DNA of 28,080 nt from a virus (lineage: Duplodnaviria; Caudoviricetes), in IMG/VR virus record IMGVR_UViG_3300035396_000739, positions 1 to 28,080 of that record. One strand, 5' to 3'. The first letter of the stretch is position 1; each line of letters starts with the position of its first letter. Shown here in pieces: positions 7,220-17,053 of the stretch. Below the pieces are notes generated by a model, which was given only the letters and a program-made list of their open reading frames with translations, was not told the DNA's origin and did not search any database. The position numbers and the translations under genes are program-made.

Positions 7220-10027
7220 ATGAACAGAACATACAATCAAGTTTGTGATATTTTTAGACAATTCGTTGACAACCACGGACTTTTAAAAAGATTTAAAGCT
7301 TCTTTTTTAGAAAGCTTTGAACAATTTTCAAAACAAGATAAAAATTTCCCCGTACTTTATATTGTTCCCCAATCAACAAATTTAAATGTAAATCGTAATG
7401 AATATGTTTTTAGAATTTATGTCGTCGATTTATTAAATACAGATAGAACAAATGAGGGGGATGTTATAAATGATACATTGCTTTGTGTTCGTGATTTAAT
7501 TGTTTTTTTTAATAAAAACATTACGTCAATTGGAGAAATAACTTTAGTTAATAATCCCACAGCTTATCCCGTAAATGCATTTCTTACTGATTTAACTGTT
7601 GGTTGGTATTCGGATTTTATAATTGAAGCACCTTCTTTTGAAAGTGAATGTGCAATTCCTTATATAACCCCCCTACAATTTACAGGATTAACTTGTGATT
7701 ATCAAACAATAAAACCTTTTTTAACTTGTGAAACTTTATTAACTTGTGAAAATTTTATTGCTTTAAGTGATAGAGTAACAGTTTTAGAAAATAGACCTTC
7801 GGGGGATTATGTTACGAGAAGTGGTGACACTATGACGGGAGAATTAATACTGCCCGAACTTAGTTTTAATACAACAGCTACAACAACATATCAAGAAGGT
7901 AAATTGCGTTGGAACAATGAAGATGGTACATTAAACATTGGATTAAAAAATGATGTTGAATTACAAGTGGGGCAAGAACAAGTTTATAAAATACAAAATG
8001 ATAATACATATAAAATTGAAAATGGCAAGGTAATATGTTATGCCAATTCAATAGGAAATAGTGGAAACTTTAGGGGTGAATATTGTTTAATTAATAGTGG
8101 TTCAACCCCCTTATTAATTTTAGGTATTGCCACTGAAGATATTGAAATAGGTGAAGTAGGTTATGTAACAGAATTTGGTAAAATACGTGGAATACAAACC
8201 GATGGTGCACAATACGGAGAAACTTGGATAGCAGGTACAATTTTATATGCTTCTACAACTTATTTGGGGGGGTTAACAAACGTACAACCCCAAGCACCAA
8301 ACCCCGCTATTCCGATTGCGGCTGTTATATCAACACACGCAACTAATGGAACTTTGTTTGCACGACCAACTTTAAACTATAGATTAGAAGAACTTATAAA
8401 TGTAGATGGAACGCCCATAACTACAACTGGACAAATATTAGTTTGGGACAATACAAGAAAAGTTTTTGATTTTACAAATAATATAAACAATTATTCTTTA
8501 TTAAGTGAACAAGCGTGGATTAGTTCGGGGGGCACAACAACTTTAAAAAATACAACAGATAAAGTTTTAATAGGACAAACAGGAACAACTATTTATAAAA
8601 CTGAAATATTCAATGACGTTGAAGGAACAGAAATTGCGTTAAGATTAAAAGCCAGTTCTGAATCAATACGACCAGGCATTCGTATTGATGGTGAAAGATT
8701 AACAGCCACTGGTTACGCTTATAACTTCTTTGAAGCTTATACAAATTTAAAAGGTTCACCTTCAATAAGATGTGCAACTTTAGGTTATTATGCTAGAGCA
8801 ACTGCTGTTCCAACAAATAATTATATGTTTTTGGGCTCAGAAATAAATACAAGTTATACAGTAAATACTTTAAGATTATATCCAAATGCTAATACTTGGT
8901 TAAGAGGTAAACTCGCTGTTGGAACGACTGATGCTATAAGTTCTGGTTATATTCCAAAACAAAATTTAGAAATTGTGAGTGGGGGAACTTTTGGTTTTAA
9001 TAATGTTAATTTTAGTCAAACTGCCGATGGTTATTTTAGTGTTAATACAGGCACAAGTCAAAACTTTTTAGGAACTATATCAGGTGTTTTTCAAGGTGCT
9101 TTTGTTGCAAATAAAACAGTAAGTGTAAATTATCCTATTGGAAATTTTGTGGCTTATGCTGATAATCCTGGTACTGAAAGTGGTGCTTTTGTCGGTAGTG
9201 GAATGAGAAGACGTGTTCCGACAAATGGATTGCGATTTTATTTTGGTGAATCAATTGCAGCTGGAACAACAGGGTTTTTAATTGCACCTGTTGGTTCAAC
9301 AATGAATAGTGCGGCAACTTTAATGAATGTTGCAAGAACAAGTGATGGAACAAATTCAGCACTTTTTATAAATGGTTCTGGACAAGTAGGAATAGGCACA
9401 TCTACACCAAGCGAAAAATTAGAAGTTATAGGAACAACTAAAATAGGTTCGACAACATCTTATACATATTTTGAAAACGATGGTACATTAACATTCAACG
9501 GTGAAGCAACTGTTTATGATGATTTTGTATGTTCTTTATCGGTTCCAGCTGCAGGCGTTGCTGCACCAGATATTGTTAATTATACAATTTTAGGAACACC
9601 AACTTCTTTTTATTCTTTTGATGGTGCCGCAACAGAAGAAAGATTAAATTGTAATATTGAAATGTACCACGCATATAAAGTAAATTCTGACGTCGAAATA
9701 CACGCACATTTTATGCCTTCGACTACAGCTGCAGGCGTTGTTGTTTTATATTATGATTATTTTATTAGTAAAGTTAATCAAGCACCGATTGCTGGTGGAA
9801 CATTATCAGTTGTTGTTCCAATCAGTGCAAATACACAATATCACGATTATACAAGAACAATGGGAATAATTTCTGGAGCAACATTAAATATTGGTGATTT
9901 TATAATAGGTTCATTTCGTAGAACTCCTACAGGAACAGATACTTATACAGGTGAAATTATGTTAAAACAAGTGGCAGCTCATTGTGAATTAGACACAGTA
10001 GGTTCAAGACAAAGATATATTAAATAA
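7220..10027 (+). CDS. Structural fusion: N-terminal tail-terminator-like domain plus fibre/beta-rich domains
   Basis: First ~150 aa resemble stand-alone tail terminator proteins (FPVLYIVP...YVVDLL...DVINDTL...VGW...CAIP); YVTRSGDTMTG fibre motif; cement-like GYVTEFGKIRG; VGIGTSTPSEKLEVIG; G/T/S-rich. Confidence 0.6.
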   Translation: MNRTYNQVCDIFRQFVDNHGLLKRFKASFLESFEQFSKQDKNFPVLYIVPQSTNLNVNRNEYVFRIYVVDLLNTDRTNEGDVINDTLLCVRDLIVFFNKNITSIGEITLVNNPTAYPVNAFLTDLTVGWYSDFIIEAPSFESECAIPYITPLQFTGLTCDYQTIKPFLTCETLLTCENFIALSDRVTVLENRPSGDYVTRSGDTMTGELILPELSFNTTATTTYQEGKLRWNNEDGTLNIGLKNDVELQVGQEQVYKIQNDNTYKIENGKVICYANSIGNSGNFRGEYCLINSGSTPLLILGIATEDIEIGEVGYVTEFGKIRGIQTDGAQYGETWIAGTILYASTTYLGGLTNVQPQAPNPAIPIAAVISTHATNGTLFARPTLNYRLEELINVDGTPITTTGQILVWDNTRKVFDFTNNINNYSLLSEQAWISSGGTTTLKNTTDKVLIGQTGTTIYKTEIFNDVEGTEIALRLKASSESIRPGIRIDGERLTATGYAYNFFEAYTNLKGSPSIRCATLGYYARATAVPTNNYMFLGSEINTSYTVNTLRLYPNANTWLRGKLAVGTTDAISSGYIPKQNLEIVSGGTFGFNNVNFSQTADGYFSVNTGTSQNFLGTISGVFQGAFVANKTVSVNYPIGNFVAYADNPGTESGAFVGSGMRRRVPTNGLRFYFGESIAAGTTGFLIAPVGSTMNSAATLMNVARTSDGTNSALFINGSGQVGIGTSTPSEKLEVIGTTKIGSTTSYTYFENDGTLTFNGEATVYDDFVCSLSVPAAGVAAPDIVNYTILGTPTSFYSFDGAATEERLNCNIEMYHAYKVNSDVEIHAHFMPSTTAAGVVVLYYDYFISKVNQAPIAGGTLSVVVPISANTQYHDYTRTMGIISGATLNIGDFIIGSFRRTPTGTDTYTGEIMLKQVAAHCELDTVGSRQRYIK

Positions 10028-10050
10028 TTGTTAAAAATAAAATAAATTAA

Positions 10051-10545
10051 ATGAAAGTAAAAGTAATAAAAGTAGAAAAATATCCCGCTGAAATGCCAGA
10101 GGGGTTTAACATTGGGTTTAACATTGATTGTGAGAATGGACAATCATTTTATAATGAAGGTTTTTCAAGTTATAATGAAAGCACAAATGAAGAACAGGCA
10201 ATAAAAAATGTTTATGGTCTTTTAAAAAATCAAATAGTTGAACAGGTAAATATAATTACTTTAAAAAGTATTTTTTTGAATTGTGAGGTGGGGGTGAATG
10301 GTGATATAATAACTTCAATTATTTATCATGACAGTACAAAGCCTATTCAAATTATATTAACAAATGAAAATTCAATTTTATTAGCAAATGCCTACCCCGA
10401 ACTAATAGTATATAAAAATGAAAATAACATTTCAACTTTTTTTGAGAATGGAAAGGTTTATTTTTATTTAAACTTTTTAATTCAAGAACATAGAGAAATA
10501 TTTTTGGCATTTGGGGCAGAAATAAAAGAAGAAATTGAAATTTAA
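10051..10545 (+). CDS. Hypothetical protein, possible fibre-associated/chaperone
   Basis: ORF directly after the fibre gene with an A-rich initiation region. Confidence 0.6.
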   Translation: MKVKVIKVEKYPAEMPEGFNIGFNIDCENGQSFYNEGFSSYNESTNEEQAIKNVYGLLKNQIVEQVNIITLKSIFLNCEVGVNGDIITSIIYHDSTKPIQIILTNENSILLANAYPELIVYKNENNISTFFENGKVYFYLNFLIQEHREIFLAFGAEIKEEIEI

Positions 10546-10717
10546 ATTTATATATAATAAAGATTCAATCAGTAGAATTTACAAAATAGATTCTACTGAT
10601 TATTTTTTAAATAAAGATGAATATCTTTTTGAAGGAACAGCCCCCGAAGCAATTGCCTTCTTCGAAATTTTAAATATAGATACAAAAATTTTACAAAGAT
10701 TAATTGTTAAAAAATAA
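10535..10717 (+). CDS. Small hypothetical protein
   Basis: TTG start; fills the gap between two genes with short overlaps. Confidence 0.45.
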   Translation: MKFKFIYNKDSISRIYKIDSTDYFLNKDEYLFEGTAPEAIAFFEILNIDTKILQRLIVKK

Positions 10718-10721
10718 AAAT

Positions 10722-11246
10722 ATGATTGATAAAAAATTACTTAAAACTGGGGATATAATTTTAACTTCCTCAAATACTTTTTTAGCAAAAGCAATAAAAT
10801 GGTTTACAAAAAGCAAATATAATCATATAGGAACAATTTTAATAGTTGAAGATATAATTTATATTGTTGAAAGTAATAGTTATGATGGAGGGGCAGGAGT
10901 AATAAATACCCCCATCGATTCTTATCTTAACTCTGATAAAAAATTATTATTTAGACGACCTTATTTTAATATAAATGAAGAAGCTTTTACAAGTTTTTGT
11001 TTAGAAAATGTGGGAAAATTTAAATATGATTTTAAGACTTTATTATTTATTCAACCGTGGCACACATTAACTGGTGGATGGTTAGGAACAAAGAAAGTTG
11101 AAAATGATTCACGCCTTATTTGTAGTCAATTTATCGCATATCTTTTTCACACTTTACATAAAAACTTATTTAGAAATTATCATTCAATGACCCCCGCTGA
11201 CTTCGTAAACTCACACCTATTTTTTGACTTATTTAAAAAAGAATGA
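10722..11246 (+). CDS. Permuted papain-like amidase (YiiX/YebB, NlpC/P60 superfamily)
   Basis: LKTGDIIL, YNHIG (His), YDF, LICSQFIA (Cys), TPAD; ATG at 10722 preferred over the TTG at 10704. Confidence 0.8.
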   Translation: MIDKKLLKTGDIILTSSNTFLAKAIKWFTKSKYNHIGTILIVEDIIYIVESNSYDGGAGVINTPIDSYLNSDKKLLFRRPYFNINEEAFTSFCLENVGKFKYDFKTLLFIQPWHTLTGGWLGTKKVENDSRLICSQFIAYLFHTLHKNLFRNYHSMTPADFVNSHLFFDLFKKE

Positions 11247-11247
11247 T

Positions 11248-11712
11248 ATGGAACTTAAAATAACAGAACACTTTGATTATAAAGAAGTTACGAAAACTAA
11301 ATTTAATTTAGATAATGAACCTTCAACCGAACAACTCGAATATATTAAAGCACTTTGTGAGAATGTATTAGAACGTGTAAGAGAACATTTTAATTGCCCC
11401 ATAATATTATCATCTTGTTTTAGAAGTAAAGCTGTAAATAAAGCTGCTGGAGGGGCAAAAACAAGTCATCATTTGTGTGTGGGGGGTTTTGCGGCTGCTG
11501 ATATTTCTTGTATTGGCTCACATAATTTAAAAGATGTTTATAATTATATAAAAAACAATCTTGAATTCTCCGAATTGGTTTATGAGTTTGGGACAGATTT
11601 TTCTCCAAGTTGGATTCACGTTTCTTTTAATATTGATTCAAGTAAAAATATTAAAGAATGTTGGAGGTCAAAATTAAGAAAAAATTCAAAAACGTATTAC
11701 ATAAAATATTAG
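11248..11712 (+). CDS. Peptidase M15A family endolysin
   Basis: ITEHF, SCFRSKAVNKAAGGAKTSHH...AAD, WIHVS zinc ligands; ATG at 11248 preferred. Confidence 0.88.
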   Translation: MELKITEHFDYKEVTKTKFNLDNEPSTEQLEYIKALCENVLERVREHFNCPIILSSCFRSKAVNKAAGGAKTSHHLCVGGFAAADISCIGSHNLKDVYNYIKNNLEFSELVYEFGTDFSPSWIHVSFNIDSSKNIKECWRSKLRKNSKTYYIKY

Positions 11713-11716
11713 AACT

Positions 11717-12022
11717 ATGGACTTAAATAAAGAATTAAATGCTGCTAGTGTACTGTTACAAAATGCCTTCAAAGCTGAAATAAAAAGACAAAACTTGGTT
11801 GGAACTGGAAAACTTTTGAATAGTATTAAAGTTAAATTCAATGTAAGTACGGATGGAAATATAAAATTTACAATATCTGCTGAAGATTATTTTGAATATT
11901 TAGATAAAAAATATAACATAACAACAAATGTAAAAAACAGTTCTGGATTTTCATTGTTTACGAATGAATTAAAAAGAGTTTATAATTTATATTTGTTAGA
12001 AGAATTAACTAAATTAAATTAA
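11717..12022 (+). CDS. Neck/tail-completion protein (HK97 gp10-like)
   Basis: GTGKLLNSIK motif, size and context. Confidence 0.55.
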   Translation: MDLNKELNAASVLLQNAFKAEIKRQNLVGTGKLLNSIKVKFNVSTDGNIKFTISAEDYFEYLDKKYNITTNVKNSSGFSLFTNELKRVYNLYLLEELTKLN

Positions 12023-12028
12023 AAGAAT

Positions 12029-13738
12029 ATGAGTGTAGCTTATGCAGGTGGGGTTCAAGCAATTAATCCAGCTTATAATCAAAATATACATTACTTTGAA
12101 AGTACAAGACGTAACGAAGAAGGATTTAAATTCGTTGTTGATATAAATTCTGGTACAACAAACATTTGTAGGTTAAGATACTTCCCCCGCCCCAATGACG
12201 GTTTAGGAGAATTTGATGTGAGGGGGATAATTAAAAATAAAGTTTCAACTTATATAAGTAATACATTAAATTCTGTCGCAATCAATGAAAATAATATTTT
12301 TAGATATACTTTTGATGTTGGAGAAGAATATGTAAAATATTGGGCTTTTACAGGAATGTACGCCAGCACAGCAAACACTTTATCAATATCGGCCAGTACA
12401 GATACACATCCTTATTTAGTGGGGGAACAAATAACAATTGCGGCAGACACTGGATTTACAATATATGATGGTTTAGCAACAATAACATCTGTTGCTGACA
12501 ATAAAACAATAACAACAAACATTCCATTTACATCAGCATCGGCAGTAACAGGCACAACAGTTTACTTTGACCATCGTAAAACTTATTATCCGTCTTATTC
12601 TGCGGGGGATGCCTTTAGAGTATTTAAAGGTGCAATACCTCAACGTGAGTTCATGAGTTATGACTATGAAGAATACTATTTAAAGATTTTTTCTACAACA
12701 AATAAAATGCTTACAACTGTTTCAGATTACTACCCAGTTAAAATGACAAATAAAATGTATTTAAACTCTTTAGTAAGTCCAACATTGATAGGTTCAAGAA
12801 ATATAGGTTATACGATAAAAACAAAATTTGGATGGTATACAGATATTTTTCCAACTGGAAGTACATTAGACCCCGTAAGTTTTATCGGTGCTTGTGGCCC
12901 GTATAATATTGAAAATAATACAAACTTTACGCCAGATGATGGAGCAAATTTTGTTAATTCAACTCTACCTGTTTTAAAAAACAAAACTTTAAATGTTTTA
13001 CTTATAGAAACAGCAGGAACAGGGCCAATTTATAATTCAATTAATTTAACAATTGCATCTGGACATTCTTTTGCTGAGGGGGAATTTGTAGATATTAAAA
13101 ATGCAACTTTAGTAGTAGATGGAATAACAAATATAATAGGAACAGGAGCAACAACAATAGAAATATCATTACCTTTTATTTTACTTTCACCAGTTTCTTT
13201 TATACCAACAAATTGTACTGTTAATCAAATAGTTGATGAATATAGTGTTTCTATCTATGGTATTGATGATGGGGAATCATTCACAAAAGAATACAATTTT
13301 GTATTAGATAAAACTTGTCAAAAATTTGAAAACATACAATTACTTTTTGTTGATAGAATGAGTTCTATGATACCAGTAAATTTTGAACTACAAAGTTATA
13401 AAACAATTAATATTACAAGAAGCCAATTTAGAAAAGATTATGGAACATACACAAAAGATGATGGATTTTATTATGACTCATTTGAACGTGGAAATACACA
13501 ATTTAATGTTGTTGAAGTAGAACAATTAGTATTAAATACAAACTGGTTAAGAGAAGTAGATGCTGCTTTTTTAAGAGAGTTATTTACCTCCCCCGAAGTT
13601 TATATCGTTGAAAACGATAAACTTTACCCCGTAATATTAAAGACAGATAGTTTAGCAATATTTACTAAAAATAACAAAAGTAATATTCAATATCAACTTA
13701 CAATAGAATATGCAAACAATAACCCAATAAACGGATAA
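12029..13738 (+). CDS. Tail tip/distal tail structural protein with inserted beta domains
   Basis: PAYN N-terminus; LNTNWL...LRELFTSPEVY C-terminus typical of Bacteroidota phage tail proteins; next to hub and TMP. Confidence 0.55.
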   Translation: MSVAYAGGVQAINPAYNQNIHYFESTRRNEEGFKFVVDINSGTTNICRLRYFPRPNDGLGEFDVRGIIKNKVSTYISNTLNSVAINENNIFRYTFDVGEEYVKYWAFTGMYASTANTLSISASTDTHPYLVGEQITIAADTGFTIYDGLATITSVADNKTITTNIPFTSASAVTGTTVYFDHRKTYYPSYSAGDAFRVFKGAIPQREFMSYDYEEYYLKIFSTTNKMLTTVSDYYPVKMTNKMYLNSLVSPTLIGSRNIGYTIKTKFGWYTDIFPTGSTLDPVSFIGACGPYNIENNTNFTPDDGANFVNSTLPVLKNKTLNVLLIETAGTGPIYNSINLTIASGHSFAEGEFVDIKNATLVVDGITNIIGTGATTIEISLPFILLSPVSFIPTNCTVNQIVDEYSVSIYGIDDGESFTKEYNFVLDKTCQKFENIQLLFVDRMSSMIPVNFELQSYKTINITRSQFRKDYGTYTKDDGFYYDSFERGNTQFNVVEVEQLVLNTNWLREVDAAFLRELFTSPEVYIVENDKLYPVILKTDSLAIFTKNNKSNIQYQLTIEYANNNPING

Positions 13739-13739
13739 T

Positions 13740-16700
13740 ATGACAAAAATACAAATAGGAGATATGGGATATTTAGAAATTGGCGAACAAGTTTCTATTC
13801 CAATTTCATATTCAATTTTAGAAATTCAAGACTTAAGCAAAAGACGTGGGGGTTTTTCAAAATCTATTCAAGTAGAAGGAACACCAAACAATAATGACTT
13901 GCTTGGTTATTATTTTAATGTTAATATTTCTGAAAGTTCATTTGATATTCACGCAAAAGTTGACGTTATTGTAATACAAGAAGGTATAAGTGTTTTTGAA
14001 GGTATAATGCAATTGACTGACGTAACTGTATTGGGTGATTCAATAAAATATACAATCATTTTAAAAGACGAAACTTCTGATTTTTATTTTGACTTAAGCG
14101 ATAAATTGTTAACTGATTTAGATTTTTCTGATTATGACCATTACTGGAGTGCTGGAACAATTATAGATTCATTCAATCATGACTCTGATGATATATATAA
14201 ATATGTTCACACATACACAACAACAAATACAATATCAACAACAACTTTTTATCCTGGAATTTATGCAAAATCTTATTTTGATGAAATATTTAAAACATCA
14301 GGATATAGATATGAATGGGATTCATTATATGAAGATAAATTTGATAAATTAATTATTCCTTACAATGGGGAAAGACCAAAAACTTATAACCCCCTTGGTC
14401 GTATTTTTCGGGTAGGGCTAAGTGCTGATACAACTTATAGTCCAGTTACAAATTATAGTTTTGAAATATTAAAATATGATGATGATTCAACAGAACCAAA
14501 CACAAATCCTAATTTACTTTATGACAGAACAACAGGATATTTTTATTCAACAATTCCACAAAATGGAACTTTTATAACAAATAATAACTTTATTTTTGCA
14601 TTCAATGCCCCCGTTGACGTTGAACTTAAAAGTACTTGGCCAAACTATCCACAACTTGGAAATTTTTATTTACAAGTTTATCTTGCAATTTATAAGTCGG
14701 GGGTAACAACACCAGTTACAAGTACAAAATTAACATATAATGTCGCTCAAAACTTAGCCTCAGCTCCAAACATTACAAATTTAACAGCAGGATATAATTT
14801 TTTCTCACACTCTGATTTTCAAAATTGTGTTTTTCCAAATGTAAATTTAGAAGGAGATGCATACTATACTCTTAAAATGACAGTGCAAACATCTTTTGCT
14901 TCCACAGTAGCTTGGTATTTAAGTGGAACAACAACACTTGCATCTTCTGCAGAAACCCCTACAATTGAATACTATCGTTATAATAGTGCAAATCCTAATG
15001 CAAATTATTTTCATTTTACTGTTTCTGAATTTTTAAGAGAAAATGATTTTCTAAGTTTAAATAGTTTTATTCCAAAAAAAATAAAACAAAAAGATTTCAT
15101 AAATTCTATTTTCAAAAAATATAATATTTATTCTGAAATAGATAAAAATGATGATAAAAAATTGGTTCTTAAAACAAGAAATGATTACTATGACCAAGCC
15201 AGTAAACCTTATTTTCAATGTCTTAGCGTAACAAGACCAATACCCGTGGATGGCATAATTCGTTGGGGGTATAGAAACACATCAGCCCCAGCCAACAATC
15301 AAAATAGGGGGGCTGTTATTTTTGCTGATAGCGGTTTAACTGATAATCAAATTTTAGATTTAATTAAACAAGTAACTATTTATAATCTTAAATTCATTGA
15401 TACCTATCCTGTTCCAAATGCTAATGCTACAATTACTGATAATAAAATGGTAGCTAAAAACTTTGAATGGAATTACGTGGAAGATGGATTAGAAATAATT
15501 GAAAATAGTGCTGAAATAAATCAAAAAGATTGGACTTATAAATTAGATTATAATCAAAGTGTTAAGATTGAAGATATAAAAAATAAGCAAAAATCAAGAC
15601 TTGTAATAACCGACAAATCTGATAGCGATGATTCAAATAAAAAATATACAGATTTTAGTAAAGAAATTTATGGACAAATTGAATATACCTTCGAGTCTGC
15701 TTTTTTAAAAGATACAAATACAATAGAAACTATTTTTTCCCCCACCCCAATCGTCAAAAACAACTTGGGGATGTACGTGCCTTCTATATTATCATTTTAT
15801 CCTAACAACAATATAAGAATATTGTACGATGGGGATACAATAGAAGATACAACTTGGACAATGGGAACTATAGCGGGGGAAGTTCAATTAACTGGTTATA
15901 CATTTTTTGGACACTTTGATAATCCATTCAACCCTACAATAGATATAAACTTTGGTTCTTGTGATTTTTTATTATATGATGATTATCAAAATTTAACTTA
16001 CAACAATTTTTATTACAAATACTGGAGAAGAACAGTTTCTCAATTAGAAACTGGAAAATTATTAACAGCAAAATTTAAACTTACATTAGAAGATGTTGTT
16101 AATATAAAACTAAGTGATAGAATATATGTAAAAGATTGCTGGTATAATATCAATAAAATCAATGATTATAATGCAAATGATGATGGTTTAACTGAAATAG
16201 AATTGATAACTGCTGATGACTTTATTAACTTAGATAACTATAACATTCGTAGAGCCACAACCCCACCTTTTGGGGGCGGTGAATTTGAAATAGAAGGTAT
16301 TGCAATAGCTGATGACACAAACATAAATGATAACGGTTCTTCTAACCTTCCAGGCGGAAGTGATAATAATGTTAATGGTGATAATAATATCGTGTGGGGT
16401 CAAGGATTGAATATAGTAAATAGCAATAATTCAATCGTTGCTGGTAGAAATAATGAAATACAAAATGCAAGTTTTTGTATTGCAAATGGAAGTGGTCAAA
16501 CTATAACTCATGACTATGTGATAGCTGCTGGATTAAATACATTTTCAAGTGGAGTTGGGGGTATTGTTCAAAGTTGCGATGGATTGAGGGGCAGCAAAGG
16601 AACTTATACTTTATATTGTGATTATGAAGCTGATAATACATATTCCGAAAACTCTGGATATACTGGCTATAAGCAAGCAACCATTACAGAAGCTGGAGAT

Positions 16701-17030
16701 GGTTTAATATTCCGTACAGGCACAACATTGAATATTCATTTTACATATACAATAACAAACCCCGAATACAAGTGTACAAACACAGGCAATTTTATGCTTG
16801 ATATTAAAGAAGATGGAACATTGTATACAATTTTTAATGATACAGGAAAGATTGAATTAACATCATTAAGTAATATTTCTACAACAATAGATTTTTTTGC
16901 AACAAATTTAGGAAATGGATTTTATTCTGTATTCCCCATCTGCCAATCATATGATGTAAATGGAACAATAATAGATAAAAGAATGAAATGGTTTATTGCA
17001 TTAGATGTTGTTACAAATTATTACAATTAA
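13740..17030 (+). CDS. Baseplate hub/tail tip protein
   Basis: FSKSIQVEGTPNNN, QKDFINSIFKKYN, DWTYKLD, YNINKINDY; C-terminal N/G-rich beta repeats. Confidence 0.6.
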   Translation: MTKIQIGDMGYLEIGEQVSIPISYSILEIQDLSKRRGGFSKSIQVEGTPNNNDLLGYYFNVNISESSFDIHAKVDVIVIQEGISVFEGIMQLTDVTVLGDSIKYTIILKDETSDFYFDLSDKLLTDLDFSDYDHYWSAGTIIDSFNHDSDDIYKYVHTYTTTNTISTTTFYPGIYAKSYFDEIFKTSGYRYEWDSLYEDKFDKLIIPYNGERPKTYNPLGRIFRVGLSADTTYSPVTNYSFEILKYDDDSTEPNTNPNLLYDRTTGYFYSTIPQNGTFITNNNFIFAFNAPVDVELKSTWPNYPQLGNFYLQVYLAIYKSGVTTPVTSTKLTYNVAQNLASAPNITNLTAGYNFFSHSDFQNCVFPNVNLEGDAYYTLKMTVQTSFASTVAWYLSGTTTLASSAETPTIEYYRYNSANPNANYFHFTVSEFLRENDFLSLNSFIPKKIKQKDFINSIFKKYNIYSEIDKNDDKKLVLKTRNDYYDQASKPYFQCLSVTRPIPVDGIIRWGYRNTSAPANNQNRGAVIFADSGLTDNQILDLIKQVTIYNLKFIDTYPVPNANATITDNKMVAKNFEWNYVEDGLEIIENSAEINQKDWTYKLDYNQSVKIEDIKNKQKSRLVITDKSDSDDSNKKYTDFSKEIYGQIEYTFESAFLKDTNTIETIFSPTPIVKNNLGMYVPSILSFYPNNNIRILYDGDTIEDTTWTMGTIAGEVQLTGYTFFGHFDNPFNPTIDINFGSCDFLLYDDYQNLTYNNFYYKYWRRTVSQLETGKLLTAKFKLTLEDVVNIKLSDRIYVKDCWYNINKINDYNANDDGLTEIELITADDFINLDNYNIRRATTPPFGGGEFEIEGIAIADDTNINDNGSSNLPGGSDNNVNGDNNIVWGQGLNIVNSNNSIVAGRNNEIQNASFCIANGSGQTITHDYVIAAGLNTFSSGVGGIVQSCDGLRGSKGTYTLYCDYEADNTYSENSGYTGYKQATITEAGDGLIFRTGTTLNIHFTYTITNPEYKCTNTGNFMLDIKEDGTLYTIFNDTGKIELTSLSNISTTIDFFATNLGNGFYSVFPICQSYDVNGTIIDKRMKWFIALDVVTNYYN

Positions 17031-17053
17031 AATATAATTTAAAATAAAAAACT

